From Salpingoeca rosetta (lineage: Eukaryota > Protista > Choanoflagellata), in NCBI GenBank assembly GCA_033442325.1, contig JAWQFM010000035.1, positions 1 to 44,739 on the forward strand: 44,739 nucleotides of DNA. The letters are read 5' to 3'. The notes under the pieces were generated by a model, which worked only from the letters and a program-made list of their open reading frames with translations, did no database searches and was not told the DNA's origin. The position numbers and the translations under genes were made by a program. Positions 12,431 through 27,006 of this stretch are shown one piece after another; the first letter of the stretch is position 1; every line of letters begins with the position of its first letter.

Positions 12431-15260
12431 TCTCTCCATAGAAGGGGCAGTGGCTGTTCGTGGTGTGTATGAGTATGCGTGTATGAAATGTACGTGAATG
12501 CGTGTGTAGATGCGTGTGGATGCGTGTAGGTTGTAAGCCCATACACATTACACACACACAATACACAACGCATCACAGTCCACACAACACACACCACACA
12601 CTACGGCTGCCGCCCAGCTATGGCTGTCGAGGATTCAGAAGAGACGAGAAACACAAGCAAAGGGAAAAGAGAGAGAAACACACAACAATGCAATGAATGT
12701 CATGCATCTTCCCTTCTTCCCCCTCAGTGTTCACTCACTCACTCCTCCTGCACCCCAACAAACAAAGCTTCCACAAGCAACACGCACATCGCTGCACGTG
12801 CCACTCGGGTCGTTCTGTTTTTCTTTTTGGTTTTGTTCTTGTGGCTATGCACACAACAACAACCCCAGACACACACACACAAAAAGGTGTGGGGATGAAG
12901 CAGTGCCATTCAATGCAAATACATACAATGTGTGTGCTGTTCTCAGCGAGTGCCACTGACAACAACCTGCTCTGTCAACAAAACACACACCACCATTGTT
13001 TCGCATGTGCATGCATGTGCATGTGTGTGTGTGCAAACAACGCAACGTTGCTCACACAACACACAGCACACACCACAGCACACACAAATATAATGGCAGC
13101 ACGTGCCCATCAGCAGCATGCAGTGCGCATGGCTCTCTTTCCAAACAACACACAACACTGTTTCGCATCAAATGTACTTCATCCACGCATGTGTGCGTGC
13201 CCAACATCATCATCGTGCTCACAGCACAGTTTGCCTCCACTCATGATCGAGTGTTGCTCAAGGCACCCTCTCAAGAAGAACAATCCACACCGCTCTCACG
13301 GCGAGATTGCCTCCTGCATGCGCAAGCTTGGTGTCATCAAGGACAGTCGCCACCTGCCAGTTTTACGGCAGACAGCGCCCACCCTCTATCAGAGATCACA
13401 GCAGATAAACACACTTCCATGTGCCTTGCCGTCACTCCGCCAGCGGCTTGCAACTTGCTTCAACATCATAGACTTTTGGCTCAACACCAGCAATCCATGC
13501 AAAGCTTTGCTTGCTCTCGCTCGCAATACTTCATCGACCCGCATGTCACAGCGGGCTGCGCCTTGCCTCCAAAGGCAACCACAGCCACACCCACAACACA
13601 CAGCTGACAACGTTTTCTTTTTCACTGTGCCGCATCCACGTGTGCAGCAAAGCAACTGCCAGCCATTCCCCCACACACAAACACATATTGGCTCATCGCT
13701 CTTCTCCCAACGCACAGCTACACACACAAGGAGAATGCAAACCCGTTCATGCGCACACACGTCATCTACGCGCCAGGCACACCGCTGTGCCCAGGTCTCA
13801 ATGCACCATGCGTGCAGGCTTGCTTCCTGCGTCTCGCTGCGTCACATATCACACAGCAATGTGAATGTGAGGAGAGAAGAACAATCAAGAGCCAACAAAT
13901 GCGTATTCGTGTGAGAAGAATGACCAGCGCTTCACGCTGTCACACTCAGAGGAAGCTGATCAATCAGCTCGCCCTCTTTCCGCAAACACAGTCGTTGCTC
14001 GCCACAAACGCATGCCGTGTGTTGCTTTGCTTCTGTGTGGTAGATGATGCGATTGCACATGCGAGTGATCACAAGAACACACACAGAGATACGAGCAATC
14101 GCTTGCTCGCCTCCCCGCATGTGCCTCATCACACCCACACACAATGCTCACGCATCACCCACACACAAACAATCACACACTGACACACGCGCCCGTGCTG
14201 TTCTCATTGCATGTGCTGTGCATGCGTGTGTGCTCGTGCAAGCTTTGCTCACAACACACTCAAGTGTCGCTTCGCTTTGCCTGCACTCACACACACACTA
14301 CACACACACACAAATGAAGAGAGAGGTCGCTCAGAACACAGCAGAGCAAAGACCCAAGAAGAAAGAGAAGTTGTAGCTGCAAGGGCGCAGACGCGGCTTT
14401 TCGTGCCCGCAAGCAATCCTGCTCAGCGACATTCGCCTTGCTCTCATGCTTGCGCCTCTACTCAGCGGCTCTTTGCCCTTGCCTTCTCTTTTTCTTTTTT
14501 GTCTTGCTCATTTGCATCCTTCCCCTCATGTATGCCAATCCATCGAGCGGCAGCTGTTTGAATCGCTGCTTCGCCCTCGTGCACTTTGCCTTCAGGCACC
14601 GCAATCTAGATTCAGCCAATCTGCTAGATCTAGATTTGTGACTGGATCTAGCGAGTGCGCACAGCTTCACTGCATCAAGATTCTTCACATTGCTCACACC
14701 CAAAAATCCCCTGGTCCGTGACCAACCAATGCTTGCATGCATGCAATTTGCTTCGCTTGCGTACGCTGCATGCTGCACAGCTGCACTGGTGCATCGCGAC
14801 GCAGTGTTCAGACACTACTCATCACAGTGTTCAGCTTTTTTTCATCACATGATCGCACTTTTTCTGCACCACTTTTTGACTCCACCGCGCCAGTCTCCCT
14901 ACTCCGGTGATCAAATGAGCAAGCGAGCAAACGTCACTGCACCATGCTGTGAGCTGCTGCAACAGAGTCAAGACCACGTGGCTGGCTTGCAGGCACACGT
15001 GCACGCGAGCACACTGCACTGTGCACACTTCTACTTGCCTGCAGGCACGCTGCGCTGAAGCAAGAAGGAGCAAAGCAGAGGAACTGTGGAGTAGAGCAGC
15101 GAGGATGGATTCGTTTCCATGTGATTGCACAAGAGACAAGCAAGCATGCAGAGAACGACGAGGAACAGCGCAAGGGACACGTGTGCACGTGTGTATGCAT
15201 GCGTTTGTGTGTAGATGTTGCCTGCAGGCACGGGAACGTGTTTCTAATTAAAGTGGATTG
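12431..15260 (-). other. Putative 5' external transcribed spacer and Pol I promoter region
   Basis: Directly upstream of 18S with no credible exons. The first ~2 kb shares the GU-rich strand bias of the ITSs. The transcription start cannot be located from sequence alone. Confidence 0.55.
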
Positions 15261-15269
15261 AATGAGTAG

Positions 15270-15990
15270 TAATCCTCTGCTCACTGCAGACACACTTGCA
15301 TGCGATTGTGCAGTGCTGCTGCGTTGCTTGCAAGCATTGGTAGCTTCTCCTACTTGCATTGGATTCACTCCACTACACCCCCCTACTCACTGCAAACACA
15401 CTTGCATGCGATTGTGCAGTACTGCTATGTTTGTTCTAACTACTCACTGCTGTGTTACTCGCAAGCACTCACAACGTCTCCTGCTTGCATTGTATTCACT
15501 CCACTACGATCCGTTTACTCACTGTTGTGTTACTTGCAGGCACTCACAACTTCTCCTACTTGCATTGGATCCACTCCACAACAATCCTCTGCTCACTGCA
15601 CACACACTTGCACGCGATTGCACAGTGCTGCTGCGTTGCTCGCAAGCATTGGTAGTTTCTCCTACATGCATTGGATTCACTCCACAACGATCCTCTGCTC
15701 ACTGCAGACACACTTGCATGTGATTGTGCAGTGCTGTTGTGTTACTCGCAAGCATTGGTAGCTTCTCCTACTTGCATTGGATTCACTCCACTACATCCGT
15801 CTACTTACTCGCAGGCACTCACAACTTCTTCTACTTGCATTGGATTCACTCCACGACATCCGTCTACTCCCTGCTGTGTTACTCGCAAGCACTCACAACT
15901 TCTCCTGCTTGCATTGAATCCACTCCACCACATCCGTCTGCAAGCGCTCACAACTTCTTCTACTTGCATTAGATTCACTCCACACATCCA
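15270..15990. repeat. Degenerate tandem subrepeat array, IGS/Pol I enhancer-like
   Basis: Eight copies of the core CTACTTGCATTGGATTCACTCCAC at about 15350, 15481, 15556, 15662, 15768, 15831, 15905 and 15960, with 55-131 bp periods and related linkers. Confidence 0.85.
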
Positions 15991-17486
15991 TTGCTCGCTA
16001 CAGACACTCCTGTGTAAGCTTGCTTGCTCCGTGCGTGTTGCTTGCAAGCACCCACAACTTTCCTTGCTTCCACCCTGTTCACTTCACAACACGCCTCCAC
16101 TCACTCGTCACTGTGTCACAGCATCACCCACCATGCCTGCACGTACCTGCAATCGGCCCTTTATCAATCCTCACCATCACTCACACATTGCTCTGTCGCC
16201 CCCTCACCACTTCACTCCACTCCACTTCGCTCAGCAGCAACGCCTCCCGTCTTGGATTCACGCTCCAACATCACCTGCGCTTCCTCTCTCGCCTCCAGCA
16301 GCGATATGATCAGGTGCGTAAGAAGCTCACTGCAATCGTCTTCTCCTCTTCCCACTTCACCTTCTCTCTACATGCATGTGTGCTACTGCTTGCAATGTTT
16401 GTGCTTCTGCTTCCTTTGCTCCACCGCCACAAACACAACACACACACATCCATGCATGCGCCGCTTTGTTCATTTGTCTCACCCTTCACTCACTTGCTTC
16501 CTTCTCTCTTCCCTTTGCCTTTCCACATTCCATGTGTTGCATTGTTGCTCTGCACTTGTTGCCACATGTATGCTTCATTCACCCTTGTCTCTTCCTCTCT
16601 TCCATCCACTCACCGCCACACAGCACCCCTCCACACAACATCACACATCCTTCACTTCACACGTCACAACACAGCACCACACAACACAACCCACTGTGTG
16701 CATTCGTGCTTCCCTTCGTCACTTTCTGTCACCAACGTGTCACCACAAGCCTTGTTTGTCTATTTCACCTGCGTTCCACCACACCCTTCCTGTCTTGTTT
16801 CAATTCTTGCCACTGCTGCTGTTGTTTCCATGTGCTTGCATGCCTTCCCTTGTCTCTGTTCACTACTTTGACCGCCACTCCTCCCCTCCCCTCTCCTTAC
16901 CCTCTTCTGCCTCGTTCATGTTTCATGCTGCATGTGTTACAACACATGGTAAACCCACCAAGCCCACACTGCCACCTTCTTCACCATCAGCCCTGTTCAC
17001 ATCCACCACCACCAGTCGCTGCAATCATCACTCACTCGCTTCATCCTTTCCCCCACACCCACGTTCACTGCTGCTGCTGCTGTCCTCACCTGCGTGCAAC
17101 ACCCACTCCACAGCCACACGCCCAGCTCAACACCAACCCAAGTCACATCACATCACACACACACATTGTGTTGACTGCACTGCAACCATCCACAACCATC
17201 CTCCAGCACCATCACACGATACACACAGCTGCACATGCGTGTTGCATTGTATGTTTCCACTACACTTCAGCAACACGACAGCAAGCAAATACACACAGAC
17301 ACACAGACACACGTGGCAAGAACAGGCGAGAAAGCATCCCCATATCAACTGCAAGCAACACACACACACAACAAGCGACAGCTCCATGCTACGCCACACC
17401 GCTTCACTCCCCTATCAGCCGCCATCATACCTTCAACCAACAACAACAGCAGCAACAGCAGCAGTGTGCATGCTGTGGCAAGAGAG

Positions 17487-17534
<48 letters not shown>

Positions 17535-19405
17535 GAAAGGGAGGGAGGAAGGCAGAGGGATACAAGGAGAGAGACGTGCACGCTGTCAACAACAACACAC
17601 ACAACAACACAACACAATCAACATCACCCGCTCACGCTCCCCTCCTTCTCCAACGAGGTGCGTGATCTATGGGTGCCCCACGTCTTGCTTGCTTGTCCTG
17701 TGTCCATACTTGCTCGTGTGTCCTTGCTTGGTTGTGCGTGCCATGCCATGGGTTCCAACAAACAGCCTGCACTTCCCCTGCACAAGCGTCCATGTGTGTG
17801 TGTGTGTGAGTGTGTGTGCGTGAGTGTGTGTGCGTGTGGGGATGACAAAGAGGGAAGAGGGAAGGGAGCAGAAGAAGAAGAAGAAAAGGAGAGATGGGAG
17901 GTGCGTGAGCACAGACGATGGTGATGGGTGCACACGACGTGGTTGTGGTGAACACACACACACACACACAGAGAAGCAGCAACGCACAACAAACACAACA
18001 GACACAAACAGGGGAAACAAGAGCAGCAGTGCTGCAACACACACACACACGCACACACACGCACCAAGGGAAAGGACATCAGCCATCCAATACCCCTTGC
18101 ATCCACTGGTCCATCCATGCACCAGCGGTGGTGGTGGCAGGAGAGGGAGAGGTAGAAAGGGAGAGGAGGAAGGGTGTGCCCTGCCCTGCTTGCCTGCCTG
18201 GCTTGGCTGCCTGTGTGGGCATGTGTGTCTGCACACTCACCCACTGTGTGTGTCTGCGTGTGTGTGTCAACATCCATACACAGGTGTGTGAGACAGAGGG
18301 AAGCAAGCAGCCACCACACACACACACACAGTGTGAATCACAAGCAGGCACAGCATGAACAACATGCACACAGTCACAGTCACAGTCACAAACAGACACA
18401 AGTGCAACGCACCGCGAGGTGGGCATCAGACTGCCTGTCAGCATGTGCGTGTGCGTGTGTGTTCACACACATGTTTGTGGGTCGATGCAACCCATTATCC
18501 CTCTCTGTGCATGCGTGAGCCAAATGCATCCACAGCAGCAGGACTTCCGACGCAGAGCATGCACACACAAAAGGAGCGTGCACACCTATTCCTGTTCGCC
18601 TGCTATTAACAACAAATGACAGTGCACTGGAGTGCGTGTGAGATCACAACACCCACCACAGCCACTTCCAACCTCTCCCTCCTTCGCAAATACACACAAA
18701 CACCCACACAGCAGTCAATCCAATTGACAGAACTCACCCAAACTCACAGTGCCAGCGTGTCATGGGCCTGTGCAGCTCATATGTCAGCCTCACCGACCGT
18801 GGGCAACGCTTTGTGTGCCTTTGGCCCTGCACACATCCATGGTGTGCGCGCTGCTGTGCGTGTTTTCTGCTTGCACCTGTTCACCATCACACCATCACCC
18901 ACCACACCCCACACAGTCCATGGAACCAAACGAGACCACCCACAACAGAACCGCCAGTGAGTGCCCGTCACAACGCGCACCCTCTCCCTCCTCTCCACCA
19001 ACCCTGCGCCAGCCATGCACACAAACAACGCAACCCGCCACCTCCCACTCAAACACACAAACGCACCTTGATTCACGTTTCGCCTGCTGCTTGTTTGTGT
19101 TGTTGGTCTTGTTGATTCGTGTTTGGGCGATTTGTGGAAGATGCCACAAATAATCGCCCACTGCTGCGTTTGTGCGGCAACTGCTTTTGCTTTTGCTTGT
19201 TGAAGGGCGGACTTGCTTTGCTTGGTTGCTTTGCTTGGTTGGTTGGTTGGTTGGTTTCAATGAGACAAGAAGCAGAAGGAGAAGAAGAAGAAGGGGAACA
19301 ACACTGTGTGTGTGAATGCAACGCAGGTTCACATGCCTTGCAGCCTGAGAAGGGAAGGGAGAAGGGGAGAAGAAAGGGGGGATGGAAAAGAAGAAGAAAC
19401 ACACA

Positions 19406-19446
<41 letters not shown>

Positions 19447-22400
19447 CTGTGGACAGCATGCGCACCCTCTCCTCTCCTCTCTTCTTCACTTCCTCCTCCC
19501 TCTCCTCCTCACAGTCACAACAGACAACCAACAGCCACAAAGGGCTGGAAGAGAAAACAAACAAGGGGAGGGGGCAACAGCCACCCAGCCAGGTCGCCAT
19601 GGAAGAAAGAGGCGAGGCGATAGAGGGGGGGGAAGGAGAACACCGTCCATCAACACACACACACGCACACACATCTGTTGGGAGCCCCATGTCTTATGTC
19701 CTTGCTTCCTCTTCCTCTTCCTTGGCCTGGGTTGAGTTGGGTTGGTTGAGGTGGCACAGCTCGCCATGGCGTGGCATGCGTGTGGGCATGGGTGTTGGAC
19801 GTGGATGGGTTCCTCACTGTGTATGAAAAGGGGGTTGGATGGGAAACAGTGGAAAGGGTGGCAGCAGCAGGGAGGAGGAAGAAGGAGAAGAAGCAAGGGG
19901 AGGGGTGGATGTGAGTATACCATGCGTGAATGAACAACAACAACACATGGGCGTGGGACGATGATGATATGGTTGTGCGTGTGTGATGGCACAAGAACAC
20001 AAACGTCAACCCCAATCACAAACACACACACACCTTGTCGTCGATCAACGCATGTGCCTGGCATATGCGCACACGCGCACGCACATCTGCAGTCACACAC
20101 AGTCACACATGGCATTGCAGAGTGAGACGGTACAACACCATGCACACGCATACACAGCAATGCAAACACAACCACCACAAGCATTTCAACGACAACATCC
20201 CTCTCCCCATCTCCATCACCCCAAATGCACGGTCACATGACCAGGTGCACAGCCGTGGTGGTGATGATGGCCATGATGAACGCCTTCCTCCCCACTTTCC
20301 CTCAACCCCTTCCACCAAACACACACACAGCATTGCGTGCCCTCACCTCGTGCATCGTGTCGCTGTCAGCGTGATTGATGGCGATGCACACACATGTACA
20401 CCCACACACACAAGCACACATCGCCGTGTGTGTTCTCGGTTGAGATGAGCAACGGAGGGAGAGAGAAATGGGTGACACGACACGATGGCCAGTCAACCCC
20501 AGCCAATCCAATCCAGCGTCCACCGCCGTGTGTTGCCTGCTGCAGTCATCATCACAATCACAATCACACGCACACGGGTACAAGCAAAAGAATAAGCCAC
20601 TGATATGGGTGTCATTGTCATGTGATATTACCATCACACGATTCACGTGCATGTATGTGTACACGCATCCCCATCCCCCAACCAACATCATCGCCCTCCT
20701 ATTACTTCCCTTCCATCTCCCTCCTCTCGCTCTGCACTCCCACGTCGCACCACCACCACCACCATCACCGTGTCACTTCCCCTCCTTCCCCCTGCTTCCC
20801 ACCACTCGACACAACACAGCCCACCACCAGCAAACCAACCGCCAACAATCATCCTCACCTGTGCTTGATGCAGCCAGCCAGCCAGCCAATGTGTCACAGC
20901 GAGAGCCAAACAAGGGAACCGCAATCACATGCCACGGCCACCATCGTCATCACTGACGGAGCAGAAAGAGGAGATGAAGGGGGAAGAGTGGTGGGCACGG
21001 GCCGTGTCCTTCCTTGTCTTCATCGGTGCAGCCCCAAACACGGTGCACAGCACACATGCACACGCACGGCCATCATCACAGCAGCACCACCAGCAGCGAG
21101 CCAGCCTGCCTTCCTGTGAGGCAAGAAGAAACCAACCAGAGACGAACAACAACGACCGGTGATGGTGAGGACACGAAAGGAGGGACACAAGGGACCACGC
21201 ATGGGAATATGCAGCATGTTGTGGGCGGGTGAACCAGATACACACAAAAACAACGAAGCAAGCACCCAACAAGCAAGCAAGCAAGCAAGCACACGATACC
21301 ACCATCACAACATCCACCACTACTGCAATACCTGTGTTGGCCGCAGTCTCGAGCACGCCTCAACAGTTCCACATCACATGGGAAAGGCTGATGATGATGA
21401 CAACACAGAGCAAAGGAAATCGGTTGGGAAAGGAGGAAGGATAATCGGCTGGGGAAACTCGCACACATCCGCCTGCAGCCACGCACGGACACGCATACGC
21501 ACATTTGAGTTGTGTGATGGATCCATGTGAGACACACGTCAGTGCAACCACCCCACAGCCAATGACTGCTCTGGTGTGTTGTACATGCGTGTGCGTATGT
21601 GCGTGCGTATGTGTACTACCACCCCATCACCACACACACGCACACACACACACACACAGCGGCAGCGTCTCACCTTGCGCCTTCTTTTCTGGCACATTTG
21701 TGTGTGCGTGTATCGCCCTGCTCGTGTTATGAGGGCTTGGGAAGAGAACGGCCTCCGTCCTGTGCAAATCACACACATGCACACATGCACACATGCGCAA
21801 GCACAAAGAACCAAATTAGCAAGAATGACACGACGCAGTGAGCCAGCATGGCAGAAACAAACCACATCCACCTCCTTGTGCCTCATTCACATCACCTACA
21901 TCATCACCTGTGCACGCACATGTCACATCCCACCACAGACACCAACACCACCACCACCACCACAAGCATCACACTTGCACATGCGTGTGCGTGCGCAAGT
22001 CCACATCCACCACAAACCACTCACCACCATCATCATCGTCGTCATGTGAGGCAACAGCACATCGACGCACATCACATCCTGTGCGTGTATGTGTGGAGAA
22101 AGAGGTGAGTTGTCTCAGAATCAGGATATCAACGACAACTACACCCATTGCCAGCACCAACAGACCCAACGACATCCAACCAACCCTTCACAATCACACA
22201 CATATACATGCTGGTGTTCACACCCAACACATCACACGCCACCCACATCACCACAACCACCACCATTCATCTCACCTCCACATCCATAGCCGCAGCCGCT
22301 GCTGTTGGGGACCAACGACGACGAGGACGAGGAGGAGGAGATGGCCCAGAGGCAGAGGGCCCGTTCATCCACAATGCAGCCACATCAGGTACTGCTGTTG

Positions 22401-23251
22401 CTGATGGTGGAAACGGTGAAAACAAACGGCCCCTTGCCACGCCGTGTCCTTTGCTCGCTCGCTCGGCTGTTTGGTTGGTCGGTTGGATGGTGACGAGATA
22501 CATGGCCCTGTGTCCAAATCAATCGAAAAAGGGGGAAGAAGAAGAAAAGACACATGAGTGGACAGAACAGACAAGGGAAGTGGGAGGCGAAGAAGGGAAC
22601 ACAGCGTGTCAACCAACACACACACACACACACATCTCAGTCGCCCTTCTCACCTTCATCACTCGTCATTGTCATCATCGTTGGTTCCACCGCTTCATGC
22701 GCCTCCTCAACGCTGTGAATATTGTGTGTACAGACACAAGAAGGGAGAGAATACAGGGGGTGAGGTTGACAGCGAAGCATCACCAATCACACGCCAGCTC
22801 ATCCAACCACCCGCACTGACACACAACCACACGCACACATGTTGTCCCCACTCACCACCACCATGCACGCACACGCACATTGCTCACCTCTTCGTCAGAG
22901 CGACTGACATGTGCAATATCTGCCTCACGCCAGATTGGAGCTGGTGTCGGCCGGCGTGTGATGGCGGCTGTGCGGTCGATGGTGATGGTGGTGATGATGG
23001 TTATGGCCGAGCTGAGGTGGAAGAACGAAAAAGGAGAGAGAAATGGGAAAGGTGGATGATGATGCTGATGGGTCGTTCATGGCGGCTTCCTTGCCCTCTT
23101 CTGATGTGGCCCTGGTGCCCATGCAACCAACACACAACGACAAGACACAACAACATCAACACACACAAGGCACAGGCATGGCATGTGAGCACAGCAAGCG
23201 TGTTCACCTTCCTGCTGCCCCCTCTCTTTTGCTTTCCTCCTCCTCGTCCCA

Positions 23252-23305
<54 letters not shown>

Positions 23306-24984
23306 GCACATGATTGCGTCGCTGTGGTTGGATGTGCCCGCCATGACCATGGACGTGTGTGTCCGCAGCTGCTCCTCCAATCCATCATGTGTGCATCGCC
23401 CATCATCCTCAAACGATCCTCACACAGTCGCCGCTGCAGCCACAAGCATACATACATTGCGTGTGAGCTGCACAGCTACACTGGTGCACGAGACACAGCA
23501 GCAGCAACACCAAGCACCCACAACAGCAACACCACCAACACATGCACCATGTGCCAACCAATGAATGCGTGATGGGCTCACCTTGCTCACGCATATGGGA
23601 ACACTGCATGAGCACAGCGGCGGCAGCCGAATCGGAGGAGTTGCAGCAGCAGCAGCCGGCATGCGAGCCCGCTTCCATCAACATCCTAATGTGTGCTGGT
23701 ACCTCACCACCTGTGCATGTGTGTGTGTGTGCGTATGTGCGTGGCTGCAGGGAATGTGAATGGGAATAGAACACAACAGGCACAGAGCAAGCCATCACGT
23801 CAGCATAGCAGAAAGAGTGATTGACATCACACACACCACGTGTGCGCGGGCGTGTGTGTACGTGTGTGCGTGTCGGTGTGTGACCACCATCCCCCATCAA
23901 CCCTCTTCCCGCGTTCACTTCAGCGCACCCCAGCACCGCCACCGCACCCATCACACAACCAACCAACCACTCATCACCACCAACATACCATGTGTGAGGC
24001 GAGTGCAGCTGGCACGCGTAGCAAGTATCCCCGACATTTCCCTCATCCTGCTTGTGCGTGCGCATCGCCTGTGAGTGTGTTTGTGTGCGAGCACCAGCAT
24101 GGTGAGTGAGTGGGAGGAAGGGAAGAGGGAGCATGAATATGTGCGCAGCTACACTGCTGCTGCCACTGCTGGTGTTGTGCATGCATTTGTGTGAAGGAGG
24201 AGAAAGGGAAGAGGGAGAAAACAGAAAACAGAAGGGAAGGAACAAGACATGCTGCACCCCATCCATTCCATCCATCCCTCTTCCTCACACCACCACCACT
24301 ACCATCCTCTGTCATCAGCCACACCGCACCACACCACACTCACCCAGCATCCCCCACCACACATCATCCCATCCATCCATTCATCCAACACACCTCTCCT
24401 CTCCGTTTTCCCTCTTCTTCGCCCTCACCTCTGCTGCTGCTGCCCGCCGAAAATGCAACTTGTGCTGTCGCCACCTGTTCCCAGCTGCAAACAGCCAGCA
24501 GCAGTGGGCGATGGGTTGGTTGCTTGGTTGGCTGGGGAATGTGCTCAGCAGCAAGTGGTGGTGGTGGTGCATTCTCTGCTGCTGCTGCTGCATCGGCGGT
24601 GGAGGGTGTGTTGGCTGCTGCTGCTGCTGTTGTTGTTGTGATGGCCGCCAGTGCGGGCGAGAAAGAGAGGGGAATATAAGCAGCGGCTGCAAGGTGTGGA
24701 ATGTGCAGGTGTGCGGGCAGTTGTGTGAGAGAACGAAGAGTGAGACACTGCATTAAGCAAAGCAAAACAGGCAGCTGCACCACACACATGCATGTACATT
24801 GATGTGGGACAACAAGGGGAGACAGGAGCAACAGAGACAGCGACCACAAAACACGCACACTAGTGCGGTGCTCACCACATCAACACACATGCAGTGGTGC
24901 ACTCACGTTGCTCATCGCTTGCTTGTCTGTGGTGTGTTGCTGGTGTTGCTGCTTCCGCAGCCGCACAGCGTGGCTGGGTGGTCA

Positions 24985-25235
24985 TCACATGGCAGCGCCC
25001 GTCTGTTCATCCCACCAGAGCAGTGGTGGTTGGTGGAAGGGGAGGGGGTTGACAACTGCTGGCTCAAAGGCCCTCTGTGGGGCGACAGCAGAAAGGAAGG
25101 AGAAAGAAACAGACGAGAAGGGTGGTGGTGGTCTTGGTGTTGAGGATGGGAAGGGAAGGATGTGAGCAAACACACACGAAAATGAGAGGTGGTGATGATG
25201 GCGTGTGGGTGCGTGGAGAAGAGCACGTACACATA

Positions 25236-25302
<67 letters not shown>

Positions 25303-25626
25303 GCACGCTCACCTGCCACGCGTTGTCGCCACTGAACAGGTTGATCCTGGCAGACTCCAGCGCTGACAGCAGCAAATAGCACACGAGTTGGCAGATGGTG
25401 AGAGTGGTTGAACGGACACGAGAACAAGTGAGCAACGCACACACTACACCATACTCCCCACACTCACTCGACAGCCCCCTGTCCCAACAACATACTCCCT
25501 CACCTGTGTGCACTTGGGTCGAGAGGGACTTGAAGAACTCCTCAAACATAAACACAACGCGTCTCTGCATCATCTCCACCACCTCATCAGGGATCGACCG
25601 CAGGATCCTCGGAAGCTGAACGCAGT

Positions 25627-25695
<69 letters not shown>

Positions 25696-25799
25696 NNNNN
25701 NNNNNNNNNNNNNNNNNNNNNNNNNNNNNNNNNNNNNNNNNNNNNNNNNNNNNNNNNNNNNNNNNNNNNNNNNNNNNNNNNNNNNNNNNNNNNNNTATA

Positions 25800-25868
<69 letters not shown>

Positions 25869-26050
25869 ACACACACCAACACACACACACACACACACAC
25901 GCACAATGTAAAATCCATCCATACGCACCAGCACGTAGTGATCGACGACAATGACGGGGATGGCACCTGCAGTCATGATATATGAGGCATGAAAAGGGGT
26001 GGCAGGAGATGGAAGGTAGGTAAGAGCACGAACAGGACCGAAATTGTCTG

Positions 26051-26118
<68 letters not shown>

Positions 26119-26963
26119 GAAGGAGGGGTACCCAAATGCTTCCACGATGAGCCCAAACTTGGTCTCCAGCGCCAGCTCCGTGTACGTGTACTTGTTGAAC
26201 TCTTCCTCTGCCTGCTTACACGATGGGTCATATCCAACCTTCCCCCTCACGGCCCATTCGCTCTTCGCCAAACCACCGGCACGCGCACACCAACACAGTG
26301 TCCCTGCGCATACACAAGCAAACATACAAAGGGACGATGTGTGAGTGAGAGAGGTGGATCCAGACAGACACGCACACAATACCAAAACGGGTTGACTCCG
26401 AGGCAACGCACGACACACACACACGGAACACACAAGAACACAAAGCACATCACACACGTAGCACGACACACCTGCCGTTGTGAAGCTTGGGGGGGGGGGT
26501 GGTTGCGCATGGCATCAGAACGAGCAGACTCGATGGTGCTTCTGTACAACAGGGAAAGAAGACACACGTCAAGCAGCGACACCACAAGGGGTTTGGAGTG
26601 AGGTTGCAGCGGCTACAAGAAGGGCGAGTGGTGGTGCAGTGAGCGACACCAACCCCTCTAAATCCAGCAGCAGCAGTGAACATCGAACCTCACAGCGCAC
26701 CACGTCACACCACACACGCATGCATGCACAGACCTGAAGGTGACGAGGTACTTTCTGTTTGTGCAGGTGGAACGCGTCGTTGCTCCGGTGTGAAATGAAT
26801 GTCACAATGGAGAAGAGTGACATGGACACATCGAGGCCGTCACGGTGGTGGAATTCGCTCAGGCCAACCTGATGCAGGTGGTGATGCGAAACAAGGCGGC
26901 ATTGGTGAAGTGTAAGCAACAGCAGTCGTCGATGGTGAGCGCAGGCATGCACAGTCATGTTCC

Positions 26964-27006
<43 letters not shown>

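Noticed and set aside
12697-13914. 405-aa ORF upstream of 18S
   Set aside because: No recognisable motif; it results from stop-poor CA-rich composition in the putative ETS.
15270-15990. CRISPR-like array (conserved core with variable intervals)
   Set aside because: The intervals are related to one another and vary from 55 to 131 bp in period, there are no cas genes, and the context is eukaryotic rDNA spacer.
16024-17823. 599-aa ORF
   Set aside because: Low complexity, overlapped by long ORFs in other frames, runs through a (GA)n tract and shows no domain signature.
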